Source of the DNA: an uncultured Chloroflexia bacterium
GTDB lineage: Bacteria; Chloroflexota; Limnocylindria; Limnocylindrales; CSP1-4
Assembly (NCBI GenBank): GCA_963745405.1
Contig: CAVUWY010000002.1
Location: 2,005,013 to 2,069,012, forward strand
Direction of reading: 5' to 3'
Length of the DNA stretch: 64,000 nucleotides
Shown here: one piece after another, positions 29,032-39,383 of the stretch
How the letters are laid out: every line of letters starts with the position of its first letter
Numbering within the stretch: position 1 is the stretch's first letter
Translations under genes and position numbers: made by a program
Notes under the pieces: generated by a model
Told to the model about the DNA's origin: nothing
Databases searched by the model: none
Seen by the model: only the letters and a program-made list of their open reading frames with translations

Positions 29032-30024
29032 CTACAGGTCGACCGGCGACCCCGTCTCGGCCGAGCGGAGGAGCGCCTCGAGGGCGCGCGCCTGACCGAG
29101 CGCATCGGCCCGGCCGAGGAGTGGCGGCTCGCCGCTCCGGATCGCCCGGCTCACGTCCTCGACTTCGAGCTGGTACGGGTCGGCGATCTCGAGGGCCGTC
29201 TCGACTCCGTCGCGGATCAGCGTCGCCGGGTCCGACTGCCAGGGATCGGTGAGCACGAACGAGCCCGTCGTCCCGATCGGCTCGAGGCCGCGATGGTCGG
29301 AGCGGAAGCCGCAGCTGAACTCGGCGAGCGTGCCGCTCGGGAAGTGGAGGACGCCGGTGAAGCGGACGTCGACACCGGTCGGGCCCATGTCGGCGAAGCC
29401 GAACACGCGGTCCGGCTCCTCGCCGGCGACCACCCGGGCTCCGCTCACGCAATAACACCCGACGTCGAGGAGCGCGCTGCCGTCGACCTCCGGATCGAGG
29501 CGGACGTCCGAACGGGGATCGGAGAGGTCGTCCATCGCCCACGAGAACGAGGTCCGGATCGTGTGGACGGTCCCGATCTCCGCCAGCAGGGAGCGGAGGA
29601 CCGCCACCTGCGGATGATGCCGCCACATGAACCCCTCGGACAGGACGAGCCCCGCCGCGTCGGCCGCGTCGAACGCCTCGACGACCTCGGCCGGATGGCG
29701 GGTGTACGGCTTCTCGACAAGGACGTGCTTGCCGGCCGCGAGCGCCTGCATCGTGAGCGGGTGGTGGAGCGAGTTCGGGGTCGCGATGTAGACCGCCTCG
29801 ACCGCCGGGTCGGCGAGGAGCTCCTCGTACGAGCCGTGAGCGGTCGGGATGGCGTTGGCCGCCGCGTAGGCCTCGGCCTTCGCCCGGTCGCGGCTGCCGA
29901 CCGCGACGACCTCGACGGCGGCCGACTTCCGCGCCCCGGCGAGCAGCTTCTTCGTGATGTTCGCGGTCGAGAGGATCCCCCAGCGGACAGGCTCGCGGCT
30001 CGGCTCGTGGGTCATGCCTGCCAC
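29032..30024 (-). CDS. Gfo/Idh/MocA-family oxidoreductase
   Basis: N-terminal Rossmann VRWGILSTANI and EKP motif. Confidence 0.85.
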   Translation of the reverse strand: MAGMTHEPSREPVRWGILSTANITKKLLAGARKSAAVEVVAVGSRDRAKAEAYAAANAIPTAHGSYEELLADPAVEAVYIATPNSLHHPLTMQALAAGKHVLVEKPYTRHPAEVVEAFDAADAAGLVLSEGFMWRHHPQVAVLRSLLAEIGTVHTIRTSFSWAMDDLSDPRSDVRLDPEVDGSALLDVGCYCVSGARVVAGEEPDRVFGFADMGPTGVDVRFTGVLHFPSGTLAEFSCGFRSDHRGLEPIGTTGSFVLTDPWQSDPATLIRDGVETALEIADPYQLEVEDVSRAIRSGEPPLLGRADALGQARALEALLRSAETGSPVDL

Positions 30025-30025
30025 T

Positions 30026-31063
30026 CTAGATGCTGGCGCCGGGCACCGTCACCATCGGTTCGAGCCCCTGCTCGACTGGGTCGAGTGCTCCCCGGGCGGC
30101 CAGGGTTCGATAGAGCTCGACCGTCCGGCGGACCGCCTCGCCGAGCGGGGTGACCGGGACCGGGCCGATCGCCGCCAGCTCCTCGTCGGCGATCTCCTCG
30201 GGGAACGGCAGGCCGGGCTCGACGAAGTCGATCGTCGCTCCGGCGCCCGGCACCGCCGCGTCGATCGCGTCGATGAAGTCGCGGACGTGGGCGAGGCTGC
30301 CGCCGAGGTTGAAGGTCCGGGCGCCCTCGAGCGAGGAGCGGCCGGCGAGGATGAGGGTCCGGGCTACGTCCTCGGCGTACTGGAAGACCATCCGCCCGCC
30401 GAAGCTGATCGTGTACGGCCGGCCGACGACGGCGGCGACGATGGCCTTGGTCGGCGTGCTCGTCAGGCCCTGGTCCCGGCCCGGCCCGAAGACCGTCATC
30501 GGCCGCAGCCCGATGCTCGACAGTCCGTTCTCGAGCCAGTAGACCGCGGCCGTCCCCTCGTTCGCCTGCTTGTAGACCCCGTAGTGGTTCACCGGGTGGG
30601 CCGTCGCCGTCGCCTCGAGGCGATGGGTCGACGGATCGGCGTCAGCGGCATCGAACATCCCGATCGAGCCCGTGTAGACGAGGTGGCCGATGCGGTCCGC
30701 CCGGCGACGGACCGCCTCGAAGACGTTGACCGTGCCGAGCACGTTGACCCGGGCACCGAGTGGCGGGTCGGCCCGGCAGAACGGCACCTGGAGCGCCGCG
30801 AGGTGGATGACGTTCGTGATCGCGTGCTCGTCGAGCGCTCGCTCGATCGAGTCGAGGTCGGTGATGTCGCCGCGGACGACGATCACCGAGGCAAGCTCCT
30901 CGTCGGTCGCGATCTGGCGGAGCCGCCGGGTGTCCGTCGCGAGGTCGAAGGCGACGACGGGCACGCCCTCGCGGGCGAGGGTCCGTACGGTCCAGGCGCC
31001 GATGCAACCGAGCGCGCCGGTGACGAGGAATTGCTCCCCGCTCGCGTCTCTCGGCTGCGTCAT
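30026..31063 (-). CDS. NAD-dependent epimerase/dehydratase (extended SDR)
   Basis: VTGALGCIG glycine motif and YxxxK (YGVYK). Confidence 0.85.
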   Translation of the reverse strand: MTQPRDASGEQFLVTGALGCIGAWTVRTLAREGVPVVAFDLATDTRRLRQIATDEELASVIVVRGDITDLDSIERALDEHAITNVIHLAALQVPFCRADPPLGARVNVLGTVNVFEAVRRRADRIGHLVYTGSIGMFDAADADPSTHRLEATATAHPVNHYGVYKQANEGTAAVYWLENGLSSIGLRPMTVFGPGRDQGLTSTPTKAIVAAVVGRPYTISFGGRMVFQYAEDVARTLILAGRSSLEGARTFNLGGSLAHVRDFIDAIDAAVPGAGATIDFVEPGLPFPEEIADEELAAIGPVPVTPLGEAVRRTVELYRTLAARGALDPVEQGLEPMVTVPGASI

Positions 31064-31152
31064 CCGATCCTGCCCTCGTGTTCAGTAGGCTGGCGGTCGG
31101 TCTACGGACTGAACGTTATCGGCAGGATAGACGAGACGTCAACCCGACCCCC

Positions 31153-32025
31153 TCAGGCCGTCGTGTCGACGCGCGTGGCAGCGAGCGGGTTCGACAGCAT
31201 GGCGGCGAGCCGCTGCAGGTCGGCCACGAGCTCGGCCCGCCGTTCCTCGGTGGCCCGTGCCTTGAGGAGGGTCACGCTCGCCCCGTAGATGCCCTCACCC
31301 GAGCCACGCCGCGGGATGGCGATCCCATAGCAGACGACCCCTTCGGATGCCTCCTCGTCGTCGATGGCGAAGCCCCGGGCGCGGACGCCCTCGAGGTCGG
31401 CGAGGAGCTCGGGAACCGTGCGATGCGAATGGCGCGTCATCGTCGGCAGCCAGTGGACGCCACGGAGCCGGCCGGCGACCTCGTCGGGTTCGAGCGCGGC
31501 GAGGGCGGCCTTGCCGAGGGCGGTGCAGGTGGCCGGCAATCGGCGGCCGATCTCCGAGGCGAGGCGGATCGGCTGTCGCCCGTCGTGGCGGGCGATGTAC
31601 GTGACCTCGAGGCCGTCGAGGACGGCGAGCTGCATCGTCTCGTCGGAGGCGGTGACCAGGTGCTCGCACGCCTCGTAGAACTCCTGGACCTGATCGACCG
31701 CGGCGAGGTACGCCCCGCCGAGCTCGGCGAGCCGGCGTCCGAGGGCGAAGCCGAGCCCGACGCGACGAAGGAGGCCCGCCTCGACGAGCGCGGCGCAGAT
31801 GTTGGCGATCGAGGATTTCGGCAGCCCGAGCCGACGTGAAAGCTCGCTCGTTCCGAGGGGCTCAGTCGCGTCGACTGCGAGGAGATCGAGGATCGCCGCC
31901 GCCCTGGTCACGGCCGGCGCGAGCGATCCGCCGCCATCGGCTGCCGGCCCGGCGCCGTCGCCGCTCGGGTCCGTCCCATCGCCGTCGACGACCGGTGTTC
32001 GGACGGGGAAGGATCGACCACTCAT
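31153..32025 (-). CDS. IclR-family transcriptional regulator
   Basis: wHTH (LGTSELSRRLGLPKSSIANI) plus the IclR effector domain. ATG at 32025 within the longer ORF. Confidence 0.8.
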   Translation of the reverse strand: MSGRSFPVRTPVVDGDGTDPSGDGAGPAADGGGSLAPAVTRAAAILDLLAVDATEPLGTSELSRRLGLPKSSIANICAALVEAGLLRRVGLGFALGRRLAELGGAYLAAVDQVQEFYEACEHLVTASDETMQLAVLDGLEVTYIARHDGRQPIRLASEIGRRLPATCTALGKAALAALEPDEVAGRLRGVHWLPTMTRHSHRTVPELLADLEGVRARGFAIDDEEASEGVVCYGIAIPRRGSGEGIYGASVTLLKARATEERRAELVADLQRLAAMLSNPLAATRVDTTA

Positions 32026-32357
32026 GCCGCCGTGAACCTCCCCGCGCGTGCACTGACCCCAGGCCGAACCGTGCCCTGGGCCTCGAGCCGATCGCCGTCC
32101 GTCCTCAGCATACGGGAGCGACCTCCATCCTGATGCGACCGTCTTGACACCAGTTCGATACTGTTCAGCATACCGCGCATCGTCCAGTCCATTGGACAAG
32201 CCCAGCAGGAACCGAGGAGGAGCCGAGAGGGCCCGACGACACCCACGACGCCGGGACGGGCGTCGAGCACCGAATCAGGCGGCGGGTTCGTTCCGGCCGC
32301 CGATGGGAGCGGCGAGGACCGCCCCCACGAGGGAGTGCCCAGGGAGAAGGAGGAAGC

Positions 32358-33926
32358 ATGCGCCACGGATCCCTACTGGCCTGGTCGGTCAGACTTTCGG
32401 TGGTCGCACTGATCGCGACCGCCTGTGGAGGGTCGGCGACACCGGCTCCGAGCGGAGCGGCACCCAGTGCAGCGGCACCCAGCCAAGCGGCATCCAGCGG
32501 GGCGGCACCCAGTGCGGCGGCCGAGGACTTCACCGGTGTCAGCGTCAACGTCCTCACCTTCACCGGTCCGCAGATCGCCGAGCCGCTCCAGCGCCACGCG
32601 CCGGAGTTCAACAAGCTGACCGGGGCGAAGGTCTCTGTCGTGACGGTCCCGTTCAGCGACCTGTACACGAAGATCCTCACCGACGTCTCGACCGGCACGA
32701 ACAGCTACCAGGCGTTCGTCTTCGATCCGCAGTGGATGGGCGACTTCGTCGGGCCCGGCTACCTGGCCGACCTGTCGGACAAGGTCAAGAACGACCCGAC
32801 CATCCAGTGGAACGACGTCGGCCCGTTCTTCCGCGATTTCAGTGCGTCGTACCAGGGCAAGACGTACGCGATCCCCCTCGACGGCGACTTCCACATGGTC
32901 TACTACCGGACCGACCTGCTGGCCAAGGACGGTCTCAAGCCGCCCGCCACATGGGACGACTACCTGACCATCGCGGCCAAGTACAACAAGCAGGACCTCA
33001 ACGGCGACGGCACGCCGGACTACGGCTCGTGCATCTCGAAGAAGCGCAACTCGCAGGCGTACTGGTTCATCACCTCGATCGCCGGTGGCTTCATCCAGAG
33101 CAAGGGCACCAACCAGGGCGCCTTCTTCAGCACGGACGACATGAAGCCGCTCATCCAGAACGACGCGTTCGCAGCGGCACTCGACATCTACAAGAAGACG
33201 GGCGACTACGGCCCGCCGGATGAGCTCAACGACGACGTCGGGGCGACCCGCGGCCTGTTCACCTCGGGGCGCTGCGCCCTGTCCATGGACTGGGGCGACA
33301 TCGGGACCCTGGCCATCGATCCGAAGACCTCGAAGGTCCAGGACAAGGTCGGGGCGGTCATCCTGCCCGGCTCGAAGAGCGTCCTCGACCGGTCGACCGG
33401 CAAGCTCGTGCCGTGCGACACGACCGTCTGCCCGTACGCGGTCGACGGCATCAACCACGCCCCGTTCGCCTCCTTCGGCGGCTGGTCGGGCGCGGTCAAC
33501 GGCAAGATCGACGCGAAGGTCCAGGACGCGGCATACGCGTTCCTCGCCTACGTCAGCGCGCCCGCCCAGTCGAACGTCGACGTGACGATCGGGGCGACCG
33601 GCTTCAATCCGTACCGCACGTCACAGTTCACGGACACGAGTGCGTGGCTGAAGGCGGGCATGAGCGAGCAGGCCGCGAAGGACTATCTTGGAGCCATCCA
33701 GGCGAGTCTTCAGAGCCCCAACATGATCCTCGACATGCGGATCCCGAAGACCCAGCAATACCAGCAGGTCGTGCTCGACCAGGCGGTGTCCCAGTTCCTG
33801 GCCGGCGAGATCGATCGCGATACCGCGATGAAGCAGATCAACGACGGCTGGGAGGAGATCACCAACACCGAGGGTCGCGACAAGCAGCTCGCGGCCTACA
33901 AGGCGAGTCTTGGCGTCCAACGCTGA
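32358..33926 (+). CDS. ABC sugar transporter substrate-binding lipoprotein
   Basis: AAGGAGGAAGC SD, lipobox IATAC, family-1 SBP body. Confidence 0.85.
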   Translation: MRHGSLLAWSVRLSVVALIATACGGSATPAPSGAAPSAAAPSQAASSGAAPSAAAEDFTGVSVNVLTFTGPQIAEPLQRHAPEFNKLTGAKVSVVTVPFSDLYTKILTDVSTGTNSYQAFVFDPQWMGDFVGPGYLADLSDKVKNDPTIQWNDVGPFFRDFSASYQGKTYAIPLDGDFHMVYYRTDLLAKDGLKPPATWDDYLTIAAKYNKQDLNGDGTPDYGSCISKKRNSQAYWFITSIAGGFIQSKGTNQGAFFSTDDMKPLIQNDAFAAALDIYKKTGDYGPPDELNDDVGATRGLFTSGRCALSMDWGDIGTLAIDPKTSKVQDKVGAVILPGSKSVLDRSTGKLVPCDTTVCPYAVDGINHAPFASFGGWSGAVNGKIDAKVQDAAYAFLAYVSAPAQSNVDVTIGATGFNPYRTSQFTDTSAWLKAGMSEQAAKDYLGAIQASLQSPNMILDMRIPKTQQYQQVVLDQAVSQFLAGEIDRDTAMKQINDGWEEITNTEGRDKQLAAYKASLGVQR

Positions 33927-33981
33927 CCCCCTGACTCAGGATCGGCGAGGCCCGGCCCCCCTCGAGGGGTCGGGCCTCGGC

Positions 33982-35106
33982 ATGACTCCCGCCGGGCAGC
34001 GTGTCCGGCCGACCGTTCGTCGACCGGGCGGCGCACTGGCGCCGAGGAACGTGTTCCTCTGGCCGTCGCTGCTCGTGATCCTCGCCCTGTCGATCTTCCC
34101 CCTCGTCATCTCCCTGTACCTGTCGCTGTCCCGCCTCGAGTTCACCCCGGACGGCATCGACATCTCGTTCCTCGGGATCAACAACTACCAGACGCTCCTG
34201 TTCGGCAGCGAGCAGTCCCATCTCATCGGCGTGATGAAGACGCCGTCGCTCCTCGGCTGGACGATCTTCGTCGTCGGGACGGGTCTCCTCGCCTGGGCGT
34301 TCGCTCTGGCCATCCGCGGTGGGGTGGGCCTCCTCGGGCTCGTCTTCCGGGCCCTCGGCGGCCTGTTCGGGGTCGGTCTGCTGTGGCTTCTCGTCGCCAC
34401 GACGTTCAGCCCGGGCGGCCGGCCGGGGACCTTGTTCGTCACCCTGTCCTACGTCTTCGTCGGCCTGACGATCCAGTACGCCCTGGGCCTCGGGCTCGCC
34501 CTCCTCGTGACCCAGCGCTTGCCCGGCCGCCGGTTCTTCCGGGTCGTCTTCCTCATCCCGATGATGATCACGCCGGTCGGCGTCGCCTACATGTTCCTCA
34601 TGCTGTCGGACACCGGGAAGGGGCCGTTCGTGCCGATCTTCGATGCCATCGGCGGCCAGGACTGGACGTGGGTCAACGATCCGTGGCTGGCCCGGATCGC
34701 GGTGATGATCGGCGACATCTGGCAATGGACGCCGTTCATGTTCATCGTCCTCCTCGCTGCGCTCGAGGGGCAGGACGTCGAGGTCGGCGAGGCGGCGCTC
34801 GTCGATGGGGCGAACCGCCGCCAGGTCTTCAGCCACATCACCTGGCCGGCACTCCTGCCGGTCACGACGACCGTCATCCTCATCCGGATGATCGAGGCGT
34901 TCAAGATCATCGACCTGCCGAACATCCTCACCAACGGTGGGCCCGGCACCGCCACCGAGTCGCTGACCCTTCAGTCGTACTTCGACTGGCGGACCCTCAA
35001 CCTCGGCAGATCGGCGGCGCTCGCCTACATCCTCCTGATCGTCGTGACGATCTTCTCGGTCGCCTACGTGACACTCGTCCGGCGGCGGGTGACGGTCCAC
35101 GAATGA
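33982..35106 (+). CDS. ABC sugar transporter permease
   Basis: Multi-TM with EAA loop (GEAALVDGANRRQVF). ATG 33982 within ORF 33910..35106. Confidence 0.85.
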   Translation: MTPAGQRVRPTVRRPGGALAPRNVFLWPSLLVILALSIFPLVISLYLSLSRLEFTPDGIDISFLGINNYQTLLFGSEQSHLIGVMKTPSLLGWTIFVVGTGLLAWAFALAIRGGVGLLGLVFRALGGLFGVGLLWLLVATTFSPGGRPGTLFVTLSYVFVGLTIQYALGLGLALLVTQRLPGRRFFRVVFLIPMMITPVGVAYMFLMLSDTGKGPFVPIFDAIGGQDWTWVNDPWLARIAVMIGDIWQWTPFMFIVLLAALEGQDVEVGEAALVDGANRRQVFSHITWPALLPVTTTVILIRMIEAFKIIDLPNILTNGGPGTATESLTLQSYFDWRTLNLGRSAALAYILLIVVTIFSVAYVTLVRRRVTVHE

Positions 35107-35116
35107 GGGCAGCCCG

Positions 35117-36157
35117 ATGACCATCGTCCCGGGTCGCCGATCCCCACGGCGCCGGTCGCCGCTCGCGATCAGCCGACGGGCGAGGGTGGTGTCGTACGCC
35201 CTGCTCGGGATCTGGACCTTCGTCGTCCTGTTCCCGCTGTACTGGCTCGTCGTCACCTCGCTGAAGCTGCCGATCCAGGTCGACAGCGGGCCCGTCTACA
35301 TCCCGTTCGTCGACTTCCAGCCGACCCTGGACAACTGGCGCTACATCCTCGTCGACCTCCAGAGCGACACCGTCCGCCCGTACGTGAACACGCTCATCGT
35401 CGGGCTGACGAGCTCGCTCATCGCCCTCATCCTCGGGTCGGCCGCGGCCTATGCGCTCGTCCGCTTCCGCTATGCCCCGCGGACCGGCGTCGTCGGGTTG
35501 TTCATCGGCTGCCTGCTGTACGTCGTGATCGCGACGATCATCGGCGCACCGTTCGTGCTGGCTATCGTGTCGGGCATCGCGATCTTCGCGATCCTGTACC
35601 AGACGATCGGGCGGCGCTTCTCCGGGTCGCTCGGCAACAGCAACGTCGCCTTCTGGCTCATCTCCCAGCGGATGCTGCCGCCGGTGGCCGTCGTCATCCC
35701 GATCTACGTGCTGTTCCAGCGCCTCGGCATGCTCGACACGCTCCAGGCGCTGATCATCACGTACGTCGCGGTCAACCTGCCGATCGTCGTCTGGCTGATG
35801 CGCGACTATTTCTCGACGATTCCGGTCGAGCTCGAGGAGTCGGCGGCCGTCGACGGCGCTTCGCCGTACCGCGTCTTCCGTTCGATCGTCCTGCCGATCG
35901 CCGTGCCCGGCCTCGTCGCGACGTTCCTCTTCATCCTCGTCTTCGCCTGGAACGAGTACCTCCTGGCCCTCTTCCTCTCGTCGGCGAACGCCCAGACGAT
36001 GCCGCTCACGGTGGCGGCCCAGAACGCGACCCGGGGACCGCAGTGGTGGTACATGTCCGTCCTGATCCTCATCATGATCGTGCCGGTGATCGCGGTGGCG
36101 GTCGCGCTCGAACGCTTCATCTCGCGGGGTCTGCTCGTGGGCGCGGTCAAGGGCTGA
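35117..36157 (+). CDS. ABC sugar transporter permease
   Basis: Multi-TM with EAA loop (EESAAVDGASPYRVF). Confidence 0.85.
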   Translation: MTIVPGRRSPRRRSPLAISRRARVVSYALLGIWTFVVLFPLYWLVVTSLKLPIQVDSGPVYIPFVDFQPTLDNWRYILVDLQSDTVRPYVNTLIVGLTSSLIALILGSAAAYALVRFRYAPRTGVVGLFIGCLLYVVIATIIGAPFVLAIVSGIAIFAILYQTIGRRFSGSLGNSNVAFWLISQRMLPPVAVVIPIYVLFQRLGMLDTLQALIITYVAVNLPIVVWLMRDYFSTIPVELEESAAVDGASPYRVFRSIVLPIAVPGLVATFLFILVFAWNEYLLALFLSSANAQTMPLTVAAQNATRGPQWWYMSVLILIMIVPVIAVAVALERFISRGLLVGAVKG

Positions 36158-36265
36158 TCCCGGCCGCCGATCTGCGGCGCTCGGCTATACTCCCGGTCGA
36201 ATATCCAGCCTGCATAAAACGTATCCGCTCGCGCGCCGGCGCCCGTCCTCCAGCCACCATCGACC

Positions 36266-37582
36266 GTGAGGTTCCCCGTGACATCGGCTGCTCCCCGCTC
36301 CGCCCAGCCCCGCACGGTCCCCGACATCGTGACCGAGCTGCCCGGACCGAAGGCCCGGGCCCATATCGCGTTCGATGAGGCGTGGACGTCACCGAGCCTG
36401 CCGCGGGCCTACCCGATCGTGCCGGTCCGCGGGCAGGGCCTGACCGTCGAGGACATCGACGGCAACCTGTTCCTCGACTTCGCCGCCGGGATCGCGGTGA
36501 ACTCGACCGGCCACGCCCATCCGGCGGTGGTCGAGCGGATCCAGCGCCAGGCGGAGTCGCTCATCCACTTCAGCGCTTCGGACTTCTACCTGCCGATCTA
36601 CGCCGAGGCGTGCAGCGAGATCGCCCGGATCGCGCCGATCGACGGGCCGGTCCGGGCCTACCTCGGCAACAGCGGCACCGAGGTCGTCGAGGCGTCCCTC
36701 AAGCTCGCCCGGTACGCCACGAGGCGCCAGTACATCGTCGCCTTCCTCGGCGCCTTCCACGGCCGGACCTACGGCAGCGTCTCGCTGACCGCTTCGAAGT
36801 CGAAGTACCACGCGGGCTTCGGGCCGCTCCTGCCGGGCATCTATCACGCGCCGTTCGGGCATGTCGCCGACCTCGCCTGGTTCGACGAGGTCCTCTTCGA
36901 CAAGCTCATCCCGGCCAACGAGGTCGCGGCCATCGTCGTCGAGCCGATCCAGGGCGAGGGCGGCTACATCGTCCCCGAGGACGGCTTCCTGGAGGGCCTC
37001 CGCGAGATCTGCGACCGCCACGGGATCCTCCTCATCGCCGACGAGATCCAGTCGGGCGCCGGGCGGACCGGCCGGATGTGGGCGGTCGACCACTGGGGCG
37101 TGAAGCCCGACATCCTGCTCACCGCGAAGGGGATCGCATCGGGCATGCCCCTCGGGGCGATGGTCGCCCGGGCCGACGTCATGGAGGCGTGGGGTCCCGG
37201 GGCCCACGGCTCGACCTACGGCGGCAACCCGCTCGCCTGCGCGGCGGCGCTCGAGACGATCGGCCTCCTCGAAGGCGGCCTCGTTGCCGCTGCCGAGATC
37301 CGCGGTGGCCAGGCGATGGCCGGCCTCGCCCCGCTCGTCTCGCGGTTCCCCGAGGTCGTCCGCGAGGTCCGTGGCAAGGGCCTCATGATCGGCATCGAGT
37401 TCGACACCGCCGAGCGGGCGGAGGCGGTCCAGATGGCCGCCTTCCAGCGCGGGTTGCTCGTCCTCGAATGCGGCAAGTCGAGCGTCCGGATGTGCCCCGC
37501 CCTGACGGTCAGCATCGGCGAGATGGAGACAGCGCTGCGGATCTTCACCGAGTCCGTCGCGGAGGTGGCGGCCGAGGCGTGA
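36266..37582 (+). CDS. Class-III (omega) aminotransferase, GabT-like
   Basis: GNSGTEVVE..., ADEIQSGAGRTGRMWA, LTAKGIASG (PLP lysine) motifs. GTG start at 36266 or 36278. Confidence 0.85.
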   Translation: MRFPVTSAAPRSAQPRTVPDIVTELPGPKARAHIAFDEAWTSPSLPRAYPIVPVRGQGLTVEDIDGNLFLDFAAGIAVNSTGHAHPAVVERIQRQAESLIHFSASDFYLPIYAEACSEIARIAPIDGPVRAYLGNSGTEVVEASLKLARYATRRQYIVAFLGAFHGRTYGSVSLTASKSKYHAGFGPLLPGIYHAPFGHVADLAWFDEVLFDKLIPANEVAAIVVEPIQGEGGYIVPEDGFLEGLREICDRHGILLIADEIQSGAGRTGRMWAVDHWGVKPDILLTAKGIASGMPLGAMVARADVMEAWGPGAHGSTYGGNPLACAAALETIGLLEGGLVAAAEIRGGQAMAGLAPLVSRFPEVVREVRGKGLMIGIEFDTAERAEAVQMAAFQRGLLVLECGKSSVRMCPALTVSIGEMETALRIFTESVAEVAAEA

Positions 37583-38499
37583 CCGCGAAGGTCGCCTCGA
37601 TGCGCGACGCGGTCGCGGACCTCGTCCGGGACGGCGACACGGTGGCGATCGAGGGCTTCACCCATCTCATCAGCTTCGCGGCCGGTCACGAGATCATCCG
37701 CCAGCGCAAGCGCGACCTGACCCTGGCCCGACTGACACCTGATCTCATCTACGACCAGATGATCGCCGGCGGGGTCGCCCGCAAGCTCATCTTCTCGTGG
37801 CTCGGCAACCCCGGCGTGGGCGGGCTGGGAGCGATCCGGCGACGGATCGAGGACGCGGACCCGGCCCCCCTCGAGGTCGAGGAGTACAGCCACTTCGGGA
37901 TGGTCGGGCGGTACACGGCGGGCGCCACGAACCTGCCCTTCTACCCGCTCCGAAGCTACTTCGAGACCGATCTGCCGGCCGCCAACCCGCTCATCCGGCC
38001 GATCGAATCGCCGTACGGCGACGGCACGGTCTACGCGGTCCCGCCGCTCCGCCCCGACGTGACCATCGTTCATGCCCAGCGGGCCGATGCGGCCGGCAAC
38101 ACCCAGGTGTGGGGCCTGCTCGGCTGTCAGAAGGAGGCCGCCTTCGCCGCCGACCGGCTCATCGTCGTCGTCGAGGAACTCGTCGACGAGGCGGTCATCC
38201 GGGCCGACCCGAACCGGACGATCATCCCCGGCTTGATCGTCGACGCCGTCGTCGTCGAGCCGTACGGCGCCCATCCCTCGTACGTCCAGGGCGCCTACGA
38301 CCGCGACAACCGCTTCTATCGCGATTGGGACCCGATCACCCGTGACGAGGCCTCGATCCAGGCCTGGCTCCGCGACTGGGTCTACGACGTCGACGGCCGA
38401 CCGGCCTACGTCGACAAGCTCGGCCCCGAGCGGATGGCCTCCCTGCGGCCCTCCGGCGCGGCGCCGTCGGGCTCGGTCGATTACGGCGAGTACCGATGA
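37579..38499 (+). CDS. CoA-transferase subunit A (glutaconate/3-oxoacid CoA-transferase family)
   Basis: GTGA overlap with the upstream stop. AVADLVRDGDTVAIEGF... is the typical subunit-A N-terminus. Confidence 0.8.
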   Translation: MTAKVASMRDAVADLVRDGDTVAIEGFTHLISFAAGHEIIRQRKRDLTLARLTPDLIYDQMIAGGVARKLIFSWLGNPGVGGLGAIRRRIEDADPAPLEVEEYSHFGMVGRYTAGATNLPFYPLRSYFETDLPAANPLIRPIESPYGDGTVYAVPPLRPDVTIVHAQRADAAGNTQVWGLLGCQKEAAFAADRLIVVVEELVDEAVIRADPNRTIIPGLIVDAVVVEPYGAHPSYVQGAYDRDNRFYRDWDPITRDEASIQAWLRDWVYDVDGRPAYVDKLGPERMASLRPSGAAPSGSVDYGEYR

Positions 38500-39317
38500 G
38501 CGGCGGGCACGGCCGTGAGCGGCGAGGCACGGCCGTGAGCGGCGAGTCGCCCTTCTCGAAGTCCGAGATGATGATCGTCGCCGCTGCCCGCGAGCTGGCC
38601 GGCCAGCAGGTCTGCTTCGTCGGGGTCGGCCTGCCGAACATCGCCGTCAACCTCGCCCAGCGGACCGTCGCCCCGGACCTCGAGCTCGTCTACGAGGCCG
38701 GTGTCTTCGGGGCGCGGCCGGCCCGTCTGCCGTTGAGCATCGGCGACCCCACGATCGTCACCGGCGCGACGGCGGTCACGAGCATGTGGGACCTGTTCAG
38801 CCTCTATCTCCAGGGCGGCCTCATCGACGTCGGCTTCCTGGGCGCCGCCCAGATCGACCGGTTCGGCAACATCAACACGACGGTGATCGGCGAGTACGAG
38901 CATCCGACGACGCGGCTGCCCGGTTCCGGCGGTGCCTGCGAGATCGCCATCAACGCCCGCCAGGTCTTCGTCATCGTCCGCCAGACGAAACGGAGCTTCG
39001 TCGAGCGGCTCGATTTCCGCACGAGCGCCGGCAACCTCGGCGGGGCGGCCGATGCCGAGCGGATCCGGCGCGAGCAGGGCTGGCTCGGGCGCGGGCCGAG
39101 CGTCGTCGTCACGGACCTCGGGATCTTCCACTTCGACGACGACGGCGAGATGCGCCTCGACTCCCTCCACCCCGGGACGACGGTCGAGCAGGTCCGCGAT
39201 GCGATGGCGTGGTCGCCTCGGGTGGCCACCGACCTGGCGGTCACGCCGGAGCCGACCGCCGAGGAACTGCGGCTCATCCGGGTCGAGCTCGACCCCGACG
39301 GCGTCTACACCCGCTAG
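38496..39317 (+). CDS. CoA-transferase subunit B
   Basis: EMMIVAAARELAGQQVCFVGVGLP... and the SGGACE catalytic Glu region. The true start may be GTG 38535 (see the tandem duplication). Confidence 0.8.
   Translation: MSGGHGRERRGTAVSGESPFSKSEMMIVAAARELAGQQVCFVGVGLPNIAVNLAQRTVAPDLELVYEAGVFGARPARLPLSIGDPTIVTGATAVTSMWDLFSLYLQGGLIDVGFLGAAQIDRFGNINTTVIGEYEHPTTRLPGSGGACEIAINARQVFVIVRQTKRSFVERLDFRTSAGNLGGAADAERIRREQGWLGRGPSVVVTDLGIFHFDDDGEMRLDSLHPGTTVEQVRDAMAWSPRVATDLAVTPEPTAEELRLIRVELDPDGVYTR
38507..38546 (+). repeat. Perfect 20-bp tandem duplication (GCACGGCCGTGAGCGGCGAG x2)
   Basis: Read directly: 38507-38526 equals 38527-38546. Confidence 0.85.
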
Positions 39318-39383
39318 CGCTCGCGCTGCCGCTCGCGGCCGCCGCGTATCCTCGACCAGTCGCGGATCTCCGTGGAGGGAACG

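Noticed and set aside
32026-32357. Long 332-bp leader before the second SBP gene as a possible riboswitch. It has a repeated TCAGCATAC at ~32105 and ~32164, and TTGACA at 32144.
   Set aside because: No recognisable riboswitch core. The repeats are short and the -10 spacing is poor. It is more likely just the IclR-controlled divergent promoter region, and the support is too weak to report.
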